Part shown: one piece after another, positions 10,601 to 23,400 of the stretch | How the letters are laid out: each line of letters opens with the position of its first letter | Position numbering within the stretch: the first letter of the stretch is position 1 | DNA from: Eledone cirrhosa | Lineage: Eukaryota | NCBI GenBank assembly: GCA_964016885.1 | Contig: OZ024744.1 | Span: 98,208,001-98,272,000 of the forward strand | Direction of reading: 5' to 3' | Length of the DNA: 64,000 bases | The notes under the pieces: generated by a model | What the model was told of the DNA's origin: nothing | What the model saw: only the letters and a program-made list of their open reading frames with translations | The model's database searches: none | Translations under genes and position numbers: made by a program

Positions 10601-13600
10601 CCAGGTCTTTTATATGTCCACTTTACAGCGTGGGCTGGGTGCTTTTTGTTGTGACACCTACATGACCACTTTACAGTGTGGGCTGGGTGCTTTGTCTAAT
10701 GACACCTACATGACCACTTTACAATGTGTACAGGGTGATTTTTGTCATGACACCTACATGATCATGTTACAGTGTGGACTGGGTGATTTTTGTTGTGACA
10801 CCGACATAACCACTTTACAGTGTGGACTGGGTGCATTTTGTGGTGACATCTACACGACCACTTTACAGTGTGGGCTGTATGCTTTTTGTCATGACACCTA
10901 CACGACCACTTTAAGCGTGGGTTGGGTGCTTTTTGTTGTGACACTTACATGACCACTTTACAGTGTGGACTGGGTACTTTTTGTTGTGACACCTACATGA
11001 CCACTTTACAGTGTGGGCTGGGTGCTTTCTGCCGTGTCTTTTACACATCCACTTTAGAGTGTGGTCTGGGTGCCTTTGTCGTGTCTTTTACATGTCCACT
11101 ATACAGTGTGGGCTGGGTGCTTTTGTCATGTCTTTTACATGTCCACTTTACAGTGTGGGCTGGGTGCTTTTGTCATGTCTTTTATATGTCCCCTTTACAG
11201 TGTGGGCTGGGTGCTTTTGTCATGTCTTTTACATGTCCACTTTACAGTGTGGGCTGGGTGCTTTTGTCATGTCTTTTATATGTCCACTTTACAGTGTGGG
11301 CTGGGTGCTTTTGTCATGTCTTTTACATGTCCACTTTACAGTGTGGGCTGGGTGCTTTTTGTCGTGTCTTTTACATGTCCACTTTGCAGTGTGGGCTGGG
11401 TGCTTTTTGTCGTGTCTTTTACACATCCACTTTACAGTGTGGGCTGGGTGCTTTTGTCATGTCTTTTACATGTCCACTTTACAGTGTGGGCTGGGTGCTT
11501 TTGTCGTGTCTTATATATGTCCACTTTACAGCGTGGGCTGGGTGCTTTTTGTTGTGACACCTACATGACCACTTTACAGTGTGGGCTGGGTGTTTTTTAC
11601 ATGACACCTACATGACCACTTTACAGTGTGCACTGGGTGCTTTGTCTAATGACACCTACATGACCACTTTACAATGTGTACTGGGTGATTTTTGTCATGA
11701 CACCTACATGATCACTTTACAGTGTGGACTGGTTTCTTTTTGTTGAGACACCTACATAACCACTTTACAGTGTGGACTGTGTGCATTTTGTTGTGACACC
11801 TACATGACCACTTTACAGTGTGGATTGGGTACTTTCTGTTGTGACACCTACATGACCAGTTTACAGTGTGGGCTGGATGCTTTTTGTCATGACACCTACA
11901 CGACCACTTTAAGCGTGGGTTGGGTGATTTTTGTCATGACATCTACATGACCACTTTACAGCGTGGGCTGAGTGCTTTTTGTTGTGACACTTACATGACC
12001 ACTTTACAGTGTGGACTGGGTACTTTTTGGTGTGACACCTACATGACCACTTTACAGTGTGCGCTGGGTGCTTTTTCTCGTGTCTTTTACACATCCACTT
12101 TACAGTGTGGGCTGTGTGCTTTTTGCCTTGTCTTTTACATGTCCACTTTACAGTATGGGCTGCGTGCTTTTTGCCATGTCTTTTATATGTCCACTTTACA
12201 GTGTGGGCTGTGTGCTTTTTGTCGTGTCTTTTACACGTCCACTTTACAGTGTGGGCTGGGTGCTTTTTGCCAAGTCTTTTATATGTCCACTTTACAGTGT
12301 GGCTGGGTGCTTTTTGCCGTGTCTTTTACATGTCCACTTTACAGTGTGGCTGGATGTCTTGTCATGTCTTTTACATGTCCACTTTACAGTGTGGGCTGGA
12401 TGCTTTTTGCCGTGTCTTTTACATGTCCACTTTACAGTGTGGGCTGGGTGCTTTTTGTCATGTCTTTTATATGTCCACTTTACAGTGTGGGCTGGGTGCT
12501 TTTGTCATGTCTTTTATATGTCCCCTTTACAGTGTGGGCTGTATGCTTTTTGTCATGACACCTACACGACCACTTTAAGCGTGGGTTGGGTGCTTTTTGT
12601 TGTGACACCTACATGACCACTTTACAGTGTGGGCTGGGTGCTTTTTGCCGTGTCTTTTACACATCCACTTTAGAGTGTGGTCTGGGTGCTTTTGTCGTGT
12701 CTTTTACATGTCCACTATACAGTGTGGGCTGGGTGCTTTTGTCATGTCTTTTACATGTCCACTTTACAGTGTGGGCTGGGTGCTTTTGTCATGTCTTTTA
12801 TATGTCCCCTTTACAGTGTGGGCTGGGTGCTTTTGTCATGTCTTTTCATGTCCACTTTACAGTGTGGGCTGGGTGCTTTTGTCATGTCTTTTATATGTCC
12901 ACTTTACAGTGTGGGCTGGGTGCTTTTGTCATGTCTTTTACATGTCCACTTTACAGTGTGGGCTGGGTGCTTTTTGTCGTGTCTTTTACATGTCCACTTT
13001 GCAGTGTGGGCTGGGTGCTTTTTGTCGTGTCTTTTACACATCCACTTTACAGTGTGGGCTGGGTGCTTTTGTCGTGTCTTTTACATGTCCACTTTACAGT
13101 GTGGGCTGGGTGCTTTTGTCGTGTCTTTTATATGTCCACTTTACAGCGTGGGCTGGGTGCTTTTTGTTGTGACACCTACATGACCACTTTACAGTGTGGG
13201 CTGGGTGTTTTTTACATGACACCTACATGACCACTTTACAGTGTGCACTGGGTGCTTTGTCTAATGACACCTACATGACCACTTTACAATGTGTACTGGG
13301 TGATTTTTGTCATGACACCTACATGATCACTTTACAGTGTGGACTGGTTTCTTTTTGTTGAGACACCTACATAACCACTTTACAGTGTGGACTGTGTGCA
13401 TTTTGTTGTGACACCTACATGACCACTTTACAGTGTGGATTGGGTACTTTCTGTTGTGACACCTACATGACCAGTTTACAGTGTGGACTGGGTGCCTTTT
13501 GTTGTGACATCTACACGACCACTTTACAGTGTGGGCTGGATGCTTTTTGTCATGACACCTACACGACCACTTTAAGCGTGGGTTGGGTGATTTTTGTCAT

Positions 13601-14300
13601 GACATCTACATGACCACTTTACAGCGTGGGCTGGGTGCTTTTTGTTGTGACACTTACATGACCACTTTACAGTGTGGACTGGGTACTTTTTGTTGTAACA
13701 CCTACATGACCACTTTACAGTGTGCGCTGGGTGCTTTTTGTCGTATCTTTTACACATCCACTTTACAGTGTGGGCTGGGTGCTTTTTGTCATGTCTTTTA
13801 CACATCCACTTTACAGTGTGGGCTGCGTGCTTTTTGCCATGTCTTTTATATATGCACTTTACAGTGTGGGCTGCGTGCTTTTTGCCATGTCTTTTATATG
13901 TCCACTTTACAGTGTGGGCTGGGTGCTTTTTGTCATGTCTTTTACACGTCCACTTTACAGTGTGGGCTGGGTGTTTTTTGCCTTGTCTTTTACATGTCCA
14001 CTTTACAGTGTGGCTGGGTGCTTTTGTCGTGTCTTTTATATGTCCACTTTACAGTGTGGGCTGGGTGCTTTTTGTCATGTCTTTTACACGTCCACTTTAC
14101 AGTGTGGGCTGGGTGTTTTTTGCCTTGTCTTTTACACGTCCACTTTACAATGTGGGCTGGGTGCTTTTTGGCGTGTCTTTTACACATCAACTTTACAGTG
14201 TGGGCTGGGTGCTTTTTGTCGTGTCTTTTACATGTCCACTTTACAGTGTGGGTTGGGTGTTTTTTGTTGTGTCTTTTACATGTCCACTTTACAGCATGGC
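1676..14300 (+). repeat. Edge-domain higher-order duplication (offset 5,832 bp, rising to 6,606 bp)
   Basis: Near-identical ORF-track translations recur at constant offsets: 2516/8348, 2895/8727, 3283/9115 and 4233/10065 (5,832 bp); 6813/13419, 6977/13583 and 7114/13720 (6,606 bp). There is an internal 857-bp duplication (9905/10762). Confidence 0.85.
2870..13720 (+). repeat. Edge domain: blocks of subfamily B monomers alternating with subfamily A
   Basis: B is CCACTTTACAGTGTGGACTGGGTGCTTTTTGTTGTGACACCTACATGA (48 bp). Blocks lie at about 2870-3330, 3955-4320, 4810-5360, 5945-6070, 6555-7110, 8695-9160, 9785-10150, 10645-11010, 11545-12060, 12545-12620 and 13160-13720. Confidence 0.92.
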
Positions 14301-17300
14301 TGGGTGCTTTTGTCATGTCTTTTATATGTCCACTTTACAGTGTGGGCTGGGTGCTTTTGTCATGTCTTTTATATGTCAACTTTACAGTGTGGGCTGGGTG
14401 CTTTTGTCATGTCTTTTACATGTCCACTTTACAGTGTGGGCTGGGTGTTTTTGTCATGTCTTTTATATGTCCACTTTACAGCGTGGCTGGGTGCTTTTGT
14501 CGTGTCTTTTACACGTCCACTTTACAGTGTGGGCTGTGTGCTTTTGGCCTTGTCTTTTACATGTCCACTTTACAGTGTGGGCTGGGTGTTTTTTGCCATA
14601 TCTTTTATATGTCCACTTTACAGTGTGGCTGGGTGCTTTTTGCCAGGTCTTTTATATGTCAACTTTACAGTGTGGGCTGGGTGCTTTTGTCATGACTTTT
14701 ACACATCCACTTTACAGTTTGGGCTGGGTGCTTTTTGTTGTGTCTTTTACACATCCACTTTACAGTGTCGGCTGGGTGCTTTTTGTCATGTCTTTTACAT
14801 GTCCACTTTACAGTGTGGGCTGTGTGCTTTTTGCCTTGTCTTTTACATGTCCACTTTACAGTATGGGCTGCGTGCTTTTTGTCGTGTCTTTTACATGTCC
14901 ACTTTACAGCGTGGCTGGGTGCTTTTGTCGTGTCTTTTACACGTCCACTTTACAGTGTGGGCTGTGTGCTTTTTGCCTTGTCTTTTACATGTCCACTTTA
15001 CAGTATGGGCTGCGTGCTTTTTGTCGTGTCTTTTACATGTCCACTTTACAGCGTGGCTGGGTGCTTTTGTCGTGTCTTTTACACGTCCACTTTACAGTGT
15101 GGGCTGCGTCCTTTTTGCCATGTCTTTTACATGTCCACTTTACAGTATGGGCTGGGTGCTTTTGTCAAGTCTTTTACATGTCCACTTTACAGCGTGGCTG
15201 GGTGCTTTTGTCGTGTCTTTTACACGTCCACTTTACAGTGTGGGCTGTGTGCTTTTTGCCTTGTCTTTTACATGTCCACTTTACAGTATGGGCTGCGTGC
15301 TTTTTGCCATATCTTTTATATGTCCACTTTACAGTGTGGGCTGTGTGCTTTTTGTCGTGTCTTTTACACGTCCACTTTACAGTGTGGGCTGGGTGCTTTT
15401 TGCCAGGTCTTTTATATGTCCACTTTACAGTGTGGCTGGGTGCTTTTTGCCGTGTCTTTTACATGTCCACTTTACAGTGTGGGCTGGGTGCTTTTTGCCA
15501 GGTCTTTTATATGTCCACTTTACAGTGTGGGCTGGGTGCTTTTGTCATGTCTTTTACACGTCCACTTTACAGCGTGGGCTGGGTGCTTTTTGTTGTGACA
15601 CCTACATAACCACTTTACAGTGTGGGCTGCGTGCTTTTTGCCATGTCTGTTATATGTCCACTTTACAGTGTGGGCTGAGTGCTTTTTGTCATGTCTTTTA
15701 TATGTCCACTTTACAGTTTGGGCTTGTTGCTTTTTGCCTTGTCTTTTATACGTCCACTTTACAGTGTGGGCTGGGTGCTTTTTGTTGTGTCTTTTACACA
15801 TCCACTTTACAGTGTGGGCTGCGTCCTTTTTGCCATGTCTTTTACATGTCCACTTTACAGTGTGCGCAGGGTGCTTTTTGGCGTGTCTTTTACACATCAA
15901 CCTTACAGTGTGCGCTGGGTGCTTTTTGTCGTGTCTTTTACATGTCCACTTTACAATGTGGGCTGGGTGCTTTTTGTCGTGTCTTTTACATGTCCACTTT
16001 ACAGCATGGCTGGGTGCTTTTGTCATGTCTTTTATATGTCCACTTTACAGTGTGGGCTGGGTGCTTTTGTCATGTCTTTTATATGTCCACTTTACAGTGT
16101 GGGCTGGGTGCTTTTGTCATGTCTTTTATATGTCCACTTTACAGTGTGGGCTGGGTGCTTTTGTCATGTCTTTTATATGTCCACTTTACAGTGTGGGCTG
16201 GGTGCTTTTGTCATGTCTTTTACATGTCCACTCTACAGTGTGGGTTGGGTGTTTTTTGTTGTGTCTTTTACATGTCCACTTTACAGCATGGCTGGGTGCT
16301 TTTGTCATGTCTTTTATATGTCCACTTTACAGTGTGGGCTGGGTGCTTTTGTCATGTCTTTTATATGTCAACTTTACAGTGTGGGCTGGGTGCTTTTGTC
16401 ATGTCTTTTACATGTCCACTTTACAGTGTGGGCTGGGTGTTTTTGTCATGTCTTTTATATGTCCACTTTACAGCGTGGCTGGGTGCTTTTGTCGTGTCTT
16501 TTACACGTCCACTTTACAGTGTGGGCTGTGTGCTTTTTGCCTTGTCTTTTACATGTCCACTTTACAGTGTGGGCTGGGTGTTTTTTGCCATATCTTTTAT
16601 ATGTCCACTTTACAGTGTGGCTGGGTGCTTTTTGCCAGGTCTTTTATATGTCAACTTTACAGTGTGGGCTGGGTGCTTTTGTCATGACTTTTACACATCC
16701 ACTTTACAGTTTGGGCTGGGTGCTTTTTGTTGTGTCTTTTACACATCCACTTTACAGTGTCGGCTGGGTGCTTTTTGTCATGTCTTTTACATGTCCACTT
16801 TACAGTGTGGGCTGTGTGCTTTTTGCCTTGTCTTTTACATGTCCACTTTACAGTATGGGCTGCGTGCTTTTTGTCGTGTCTTTTACATGTCCACTTTACA
16901 GCGTGGCTGGGTGCTTTTGTCGTGTCTTTTACACGTCCACTTTACAGTGTGGGCTGTGTGCTTTTTGCCTTGTCTTTTACATGTCCACTTTACAGTATGG
17001 GCTGCGTGCTTTTTGTCGTGTCTTTTACATGTCCACTTTACAGCGTGGCTGGGTGCTTTTGTCGTGTCTTTTACACGTCCACTTTACAGTGTGGGCTGCG
17101 TCCTTTTTGCCATGTCTTTTACATGTCCACTTTACAGTATGGGCTGGGTGCTTTTGTCAAGTCTTTTACATGTCCACTTTACAGCGTGGCTGGGTGCTTT
17201 TGTCGTGTCTTTTACACGTCCACTTTACAGTGTGGGCTGTGTGCTTTTTGCCTTGTCTTTTACATGTCCACTTTACAGTATGGGCTGCGTGCTTTTTGCC

Positions 17301-17459
17301 ATATCTTTTATATGTCCACTTTACAGTGTGGCTGGGTGCTTTTTGCCGTGTCTTTTACATGTCCACTTTACAGTGTGGGCTGGGTGCTTTTTGCCAGGTC
17401 TTTTATATGTCCACTTTACAGTGTGGGCTGGGTGCTTTTGTCATGTCTTTTACACGTCC

Positions 17460-20400
17460 ACTTTAGAGCGTGGGCTGGGTGCTTTTTGTTGTGACACCTA
17501 CATAAGCACTTTACAGTGTGGGCTGCGTGCTTTTTGCCATGTCTTTTATATGTCCACTTTACAGTGTGGGCTGAGTGCTTTTTGTCATGTCTTTTATATG
17601 TCCACTTTACAGTTTGGGTTGTTGCTTTTTGCCTTGTCTTTTACACGTCCACTTTACAGTGTGGGCTGGGTGCTTTTTGCCTTGTCTTTTATACGTCCAC
17701 TTTACAGTGTGGGCTGGGTGCTTTTTGTTGTGTCTTTTACACATCCACTTTACAGTGTGGGCTGCGTCCTTTTTGCCATGTCTTTTACATGTCCACTTTA
17801 CAGTGTGCGCAGGGTGCTTTTTGGCGTGTCTTTTACACATCAACTTTACAGTGTGCGCTGGGTGCTTTTTGTCGTGTCTTTTACATGTCCACTTTACAAT
17901 GTGGGCTGGGTGCTTTTTGTCGTGTCTTTTACATGTCCACTTTACAGCATGGCTGGGTGCTTTTGTCATGTCTTTTATATGTCCACTTTACAGTGTGGGC
18001 TGGGTGCTTTTGTCATGTCTTTTATATGTCCACTTTACAGTGTGGGCTGGGTGCTTTTGTCATGTCTTTTATATGTCCACTTTACAGTGTGGGCTGGGTG
18101 CTTTTGTCATGTCTTTTACATGTCAACTTTACAGTGTGGGCTGGGTGCTTTTGTCATGTCTTTTACATGTCCACTTTACAGTGTGGGCTGGGTGCTTTTG
18201 TCATGTCTTTTATATGTCCACTTTACAGTGTGGGCTGGGTGCTTTTTGTCGTGTCTTTTATATGTCCACTTTACAGCGTAGCTGGGTGCTTTTGTCATGT
18301 CTTTTATATGTCCACTTTCAGTGTGGGCTGGGTGCTTTTGTCATGTCTTTTACATGTCAACTTTACAGTGTGGGCTGGGTGCTTTTGTCATGTCTTTTAC
18401 ATATCCACTTTACAGTGTGGGCTGGGTGCTTTTGTCAAGTCTTTTACATGTCCACTTTACAGCGTGGCTGGGTGCTTTTGTCGTGTCTTTTACATGTCCA
18501 CTTTACAGTGTGGGCTGTGTGCTTTTTGCCTTGTCTTTTACATGTCCACTTTACAGTGTGGGCTGTGTACTTTTTGCCTTGTCTTTTACATGTCCACTTT
18601 ACAGTATGGGCTGCGTGCTTTTTGCCATATCTTCTATATGTCCACTTTACAGTGTGGGCTGTGTGCTTTTTGTCATGTCTTTTACACGTCCACTTTACAG
18701 TGTGGGCTGGGTGCTTTTTGTCATGTCTTTTACACGTCCACTTTACAGTGTGAGCTGGGTGTCTTTTGTCGTGTCTTTTACACATCCACTTTACAGTGTG
18801 GGCTGGGTGTTTTTTGCCGTGTCCTTTACACGTCCACTTTACAGTGTGGGCTGGGTGCTTTTTGCCGTGTCTTTTATATGTCCCTTTACAGTGTGGGCTG
18901 AGTGCTTTTTGCCATGTCTTTTATATGTCCACTTTACAGTTTGGGCTTGTTGCTTTTTGCCTTGTCTTTTACACGTCCACTTTACAGTGTGGGCTGGGTG
19001 CTTTTTGTTGTGTCTTTTACACATCAACTTTACAGTGTGGGCTGGGTGCTTCTGTCATGTCTTTTACATGTCCACTTTACAGTGTGGGCTGGGTGCTTTT
19101 GTCATGTCTTTTACATGTCCACTTTACAGTGTGGGCTGGATGCTTTTGTCATGTCTTTTACATGTCCACTTTACAGTGTGGCTGGATGTCTTGTCATGTC
19201 TTTTACACATCCACTTTACAGTGTGGGCTGGGTGCTTTTTGCCTTGTCTTTTACACGTCCACTTTACAGTGTGGGCTGGGTGCTTTTGTCGTGTCTTTTA
19301 CACATCCACTTTACAGTGTGGGCTGGGTGCTTTTGTCGTGTCTTTTACACATCCACTTTACAGTGTGGGCTGAGTGCTTTTTGTTGTGTCTTTTACACAT
19401 CCACTTTACAGTGTGGGCTGGGTGCTTTTTGCCTTGTCTTTTACACGTCCACTTTACAGTGTGGGCTGGGTGCTTTTTGTTGTGTCTTTTACACATCCAC
19501 TTTACAGTGTGGGCTGGGTGCTTTTTGTTGTGTCTTTTACACATCCACTTTACAGTGTGGGCTGGGTGCTTTTTGCCGTGTCTTTTACATGTCCACTTTA
19601 CAGTGTGGCTGGATGTCTTGTCATGTCTTTTACACGTCCACTTTACAGTTTGGGCTTGTTGCTTTTTGCCTTGTCTTTTACACGTCCACTTTACAGTGTG
19701 GGCTGGGTGCTTTTTGTTGTGTCTTTTACACATCCACTTTACAGTGTGGGCTGCGTCCTTTTTGCCCTGTCTTTTACATGTCCACTTTACAGTGTGCGCT
19801 GGGTGCTTTTTGGCGTGTTTTTTACAAATCAACTTTACAGTGTGGGCTGGGTGCTTTTTGTCGTGTCTTTTACATGTCCACTTTACAGTGTGGGCTGGGT
19901 GCTTTTTGTCGTGTCTTTTACATGTCCACTTTACAGCATGGCTGGGTGCTTTTGTCATGTCTTTTATATGTCCACTTTACAGTGTGGGCTGGGTGCTTTT
20001 GTCATGTCTTTTATATGTCAACTTTACAGTGTGGGCTGGGTGCTTTTGTCATGTCTTTTACATGTCCACTTTACAGTGTGGGCTGGGTGCTTTTGTCATG
20101 TCTTTTATATGTCCACTTTACAGTGTGGGCTGGGTGCTTTTTGTCGTGTCTTTTATATGTCCACTTTACAGCGTAGCTGGGTGCTTTTGTCATGTCTTTT
20201 ATATGTCCACTTTCAGTGTGGGCTGGGTGCTTTTGTCATGTCTTTTACATGTCAACTTTACAGTGTGGGCTGGGTGCTTTTGTCATGTCTTTCACATATC
20301 CACTTTACAGTGTGGGCTGGGTGCTTTTGTCAAGTCTTTTACATGTCCACTTTACAGCGTGGCTGGGTGCTTTTGTCGTGTCTTTTACATGTCCACTTTA

Positions 20401-23400
20401 CAGTGTGGGCTGTGTGCTTTTTGCCTTGTCTTTTACATGTCCACTTTACAGTGTGGGCTGTGTACTTTTTGCCTTGTCTTTTACATGTCCACTTTACAGT
20501 ATGGGCTGCGTGCTTTTTGCCATATCTTCTATATGTCCACTTTACAGTGTGGGCTGTGTGCTTTTTGTCACGTCTTTTACACGTCCACTTTACAGTGTGG
20601 GCTGGGTGCTTTTTGTCATGTCTTTTACACGTCCACTTTACAGTGTGAGCTGGGTGTCTTTTGTCGTGTCTTTTACACATCCACTTTACAGTGTGGGCTG
20701 GGTGTTTCTTGCCGTGTCCTTTACACGTCCACTTCACAGTGTGGGCTGGGTGCTTTTTGCCGTGTCTTTTATATGTCCACTTTACAGTTTGGGCTTGTTG
20801 CTTTTTGCCTTGTCTTTTACACGTCCACTTTACAGTGTGGGCTGGGTGCTTTTTGTTGTGTCTTTTACACATCAACTTTACAGTGTGGGCTGGGTGCTTT
20901 TGTCATGTCTTTTACATGTCCACTTTACAGTGTGGGCTGGGTGCTTTTGTCATGTCTTTTACATGTCCACTTTACAGTGTGGGCTGGATGCTTTTGTCAT
21001 GTCTTTTACATGTCCACTTTACAGTGTGGCTGGATGTCTTGTCATGTCTTTTACACATCCACTTTACAGTGTGGGCTGGGTGCTTTTTGCCTTGTCTTTT
21101 ACACGTCCACTTTACAGTGTGGGCTGGGTGCTTTTGTCGTGTCTTTTACACATCCACTTTACAGTGTGGGCTGGGTGCTTTTGTCGTGTCTTTTACACAT
21201 CCACTTTACAGTGTCGGCTGGGTGCTTTTGTCGTGTCTTTTACACATCCACTTTACAGTGTGGGCTGGGTGCTTTTTGTTGTGTCTTTTACACATCCACT
21301 TTACAGTGTGGGCTGGGTGCTTTTTGCCTTGTCTTTTACACGTCCACTTTACCGTGTGGGCTGGGTGCTTTTTGTTGTGTCTTTTACACATCCACTTTAC
21401 AGTGTGGGCTGGGTGCTTTTTGTTGTGTCTTTTACACATCCACTTTACAGTGTGGGCTGGGTGCTTTTTGCCGTGTCTTTTACATGTCCACTTTACAGTG
21501 TGGCTGGATGTCTTGTCATGTCTTTTACACGTCCACTTTACAGTTTGGGCTTGTTGCTTTTTGCCTTGTCTTTTACACGTCCACTTTACAGTGTGGGCTG
21601 GGTGCTTTTTGTTGTGTCTTTTACACATCCACTTTACAGTGTGGGCTGCGTCCTTTTTGCCCTGTCTTTTACATGTCCACTTTACAGTGTGCGCTGGGTG
21701 ATTTTTGGCGTGTTTTTTACAAATCAACTTTACAGTGTGGGCTGGGTGCTTTTTGTCGTGTCTTTTACATGTCCACTTTACAGTGTGGGCTGGGTGCTTT
21801 TTGTCGTGTCTTTTACATGTCCACTTTACAGCATGGCTGGGTGCTTTTGTCATGTCTTTTATATGTCCACTTTACAGTGTGGGCTGGGTGCTTTTGTCAT
21901 GTCTTTTATATGTCAACTTTACAGTGTGGGCTGGGTGCTTTTGTCATGTCTTTTACATGTCCACTTTACAGTGTGGGCTGGGTGCTTTTGTCATGTCTTT
22001 TACATGTCCACTTTACAGTGTGGGCTGGGTGCTTTTTGTTGTGTCTTTTATATGTCCACTTTACAGCGTAGCTGGGTGCTTTTGTCATGTCTTTTATATG
22101 TCCACTTTACAGTGTGGGCTGGGTGCTTTTGCAAGTCTTTTACATGTCCACTTAACAGCGTGGCTGGGTGCTTTTGTCGTGTCTTTTACACGTCAACTTT
22201 ACAGTGTGGGCTGTGTGCTTTTTGCCTTGTCTTTTACATGTCCACTTTACAGTATGGGCTGCGTGCTTTTTGCCATATCTTTTATATGTCCACTTTACAG
22301 TGTGGGCTGTGTGCTTTTTGTCGTGTCTTTTACACGTCCACTTTACAGTGTGGGCTGGCTTTTTTTCCAGGTCTTTTATATGTCCACTTTACAGTGTGGC
22401 TGGGTGCTTTTTGCTGTGTCTTTTACATGTCCACTTTACAGTGTGGGCTGGGTGCTTTTTGCCAGGTCTTTTATATGTCAACTTTACAGTGTGGGCTGGG
22501 TGCTTTTGTCATGTCTTTTACACATCCACTTTACAGTGTGGGCTGCGTGCTTTTGTCATGTCTTTTACATGTCCACTTTACAGTGTGGGCTGGGTGCTTT
22601 TGTCATGTCTTTTACACGTCCACTTTACAGTGTGGGCTGGGTGCTTTTTGTTGTGTCTTTTACACATCCACTTTACAGTGTGGGCTGGGTGCTTTTTGCC
22701 ATGTCTTTTATATGTCCACTTTACAGCGTAGCTGGGTGCTTTTGTCATGTCTTTTATATGTCCACTTTACAGTGTGGGCTGTGTGCTTTTTGCCTTGTCT
22801 TTTACATGTCCACTTTACAGTGTGGGCTGTGTGCTTTTTGCCTTGTCTTTTACATGTCCACTTTACAGTATGGGCTGCGTGCTTTTTGCCATATCTTTTA
22901 TATGTCCACTTTACAGTGTGGGCTGCGTGCTTTTTGTCGTGTCTTTTACACGTCCACTTTACAGTGTGGGCTGGGTGCTTTTTACCAGGTCTTTTATATG
23001 TCCACTTTACAGTGTGGGCTATGTGCTTTTTGTCATGTCTTTTACACGTTCCACCTTACAGTGTGGGCTGGGTGTTTTTCGTCGTGTCTTTTACATGTCC
23101 ACTTTACAGTGTGGCTGGATGCTTTTGTCATGTCTTTTACATGTCCACTTTACAGTGTGGGCTGGGTGCTTTTTGCCATGTCTTTTATATGTCCCCTTTA
23201 CAGTGTGGGCTGGGTGCTTTTGTCATGTCTTTTATATGTCCACTTTACAGTGTGTCTGGGTGCTTTTGTCATGTCTTTTATATGTCCACTTTACAGTGTG
23301 GGCTGGGTGCTTTTGTCATGTCTTTTACATGTCCACTTTACAGTGTGGGCTGAGTGCTTTTTGTCGTGTCTTTTACATGTCCACTTTACAGTGTGGGCTC

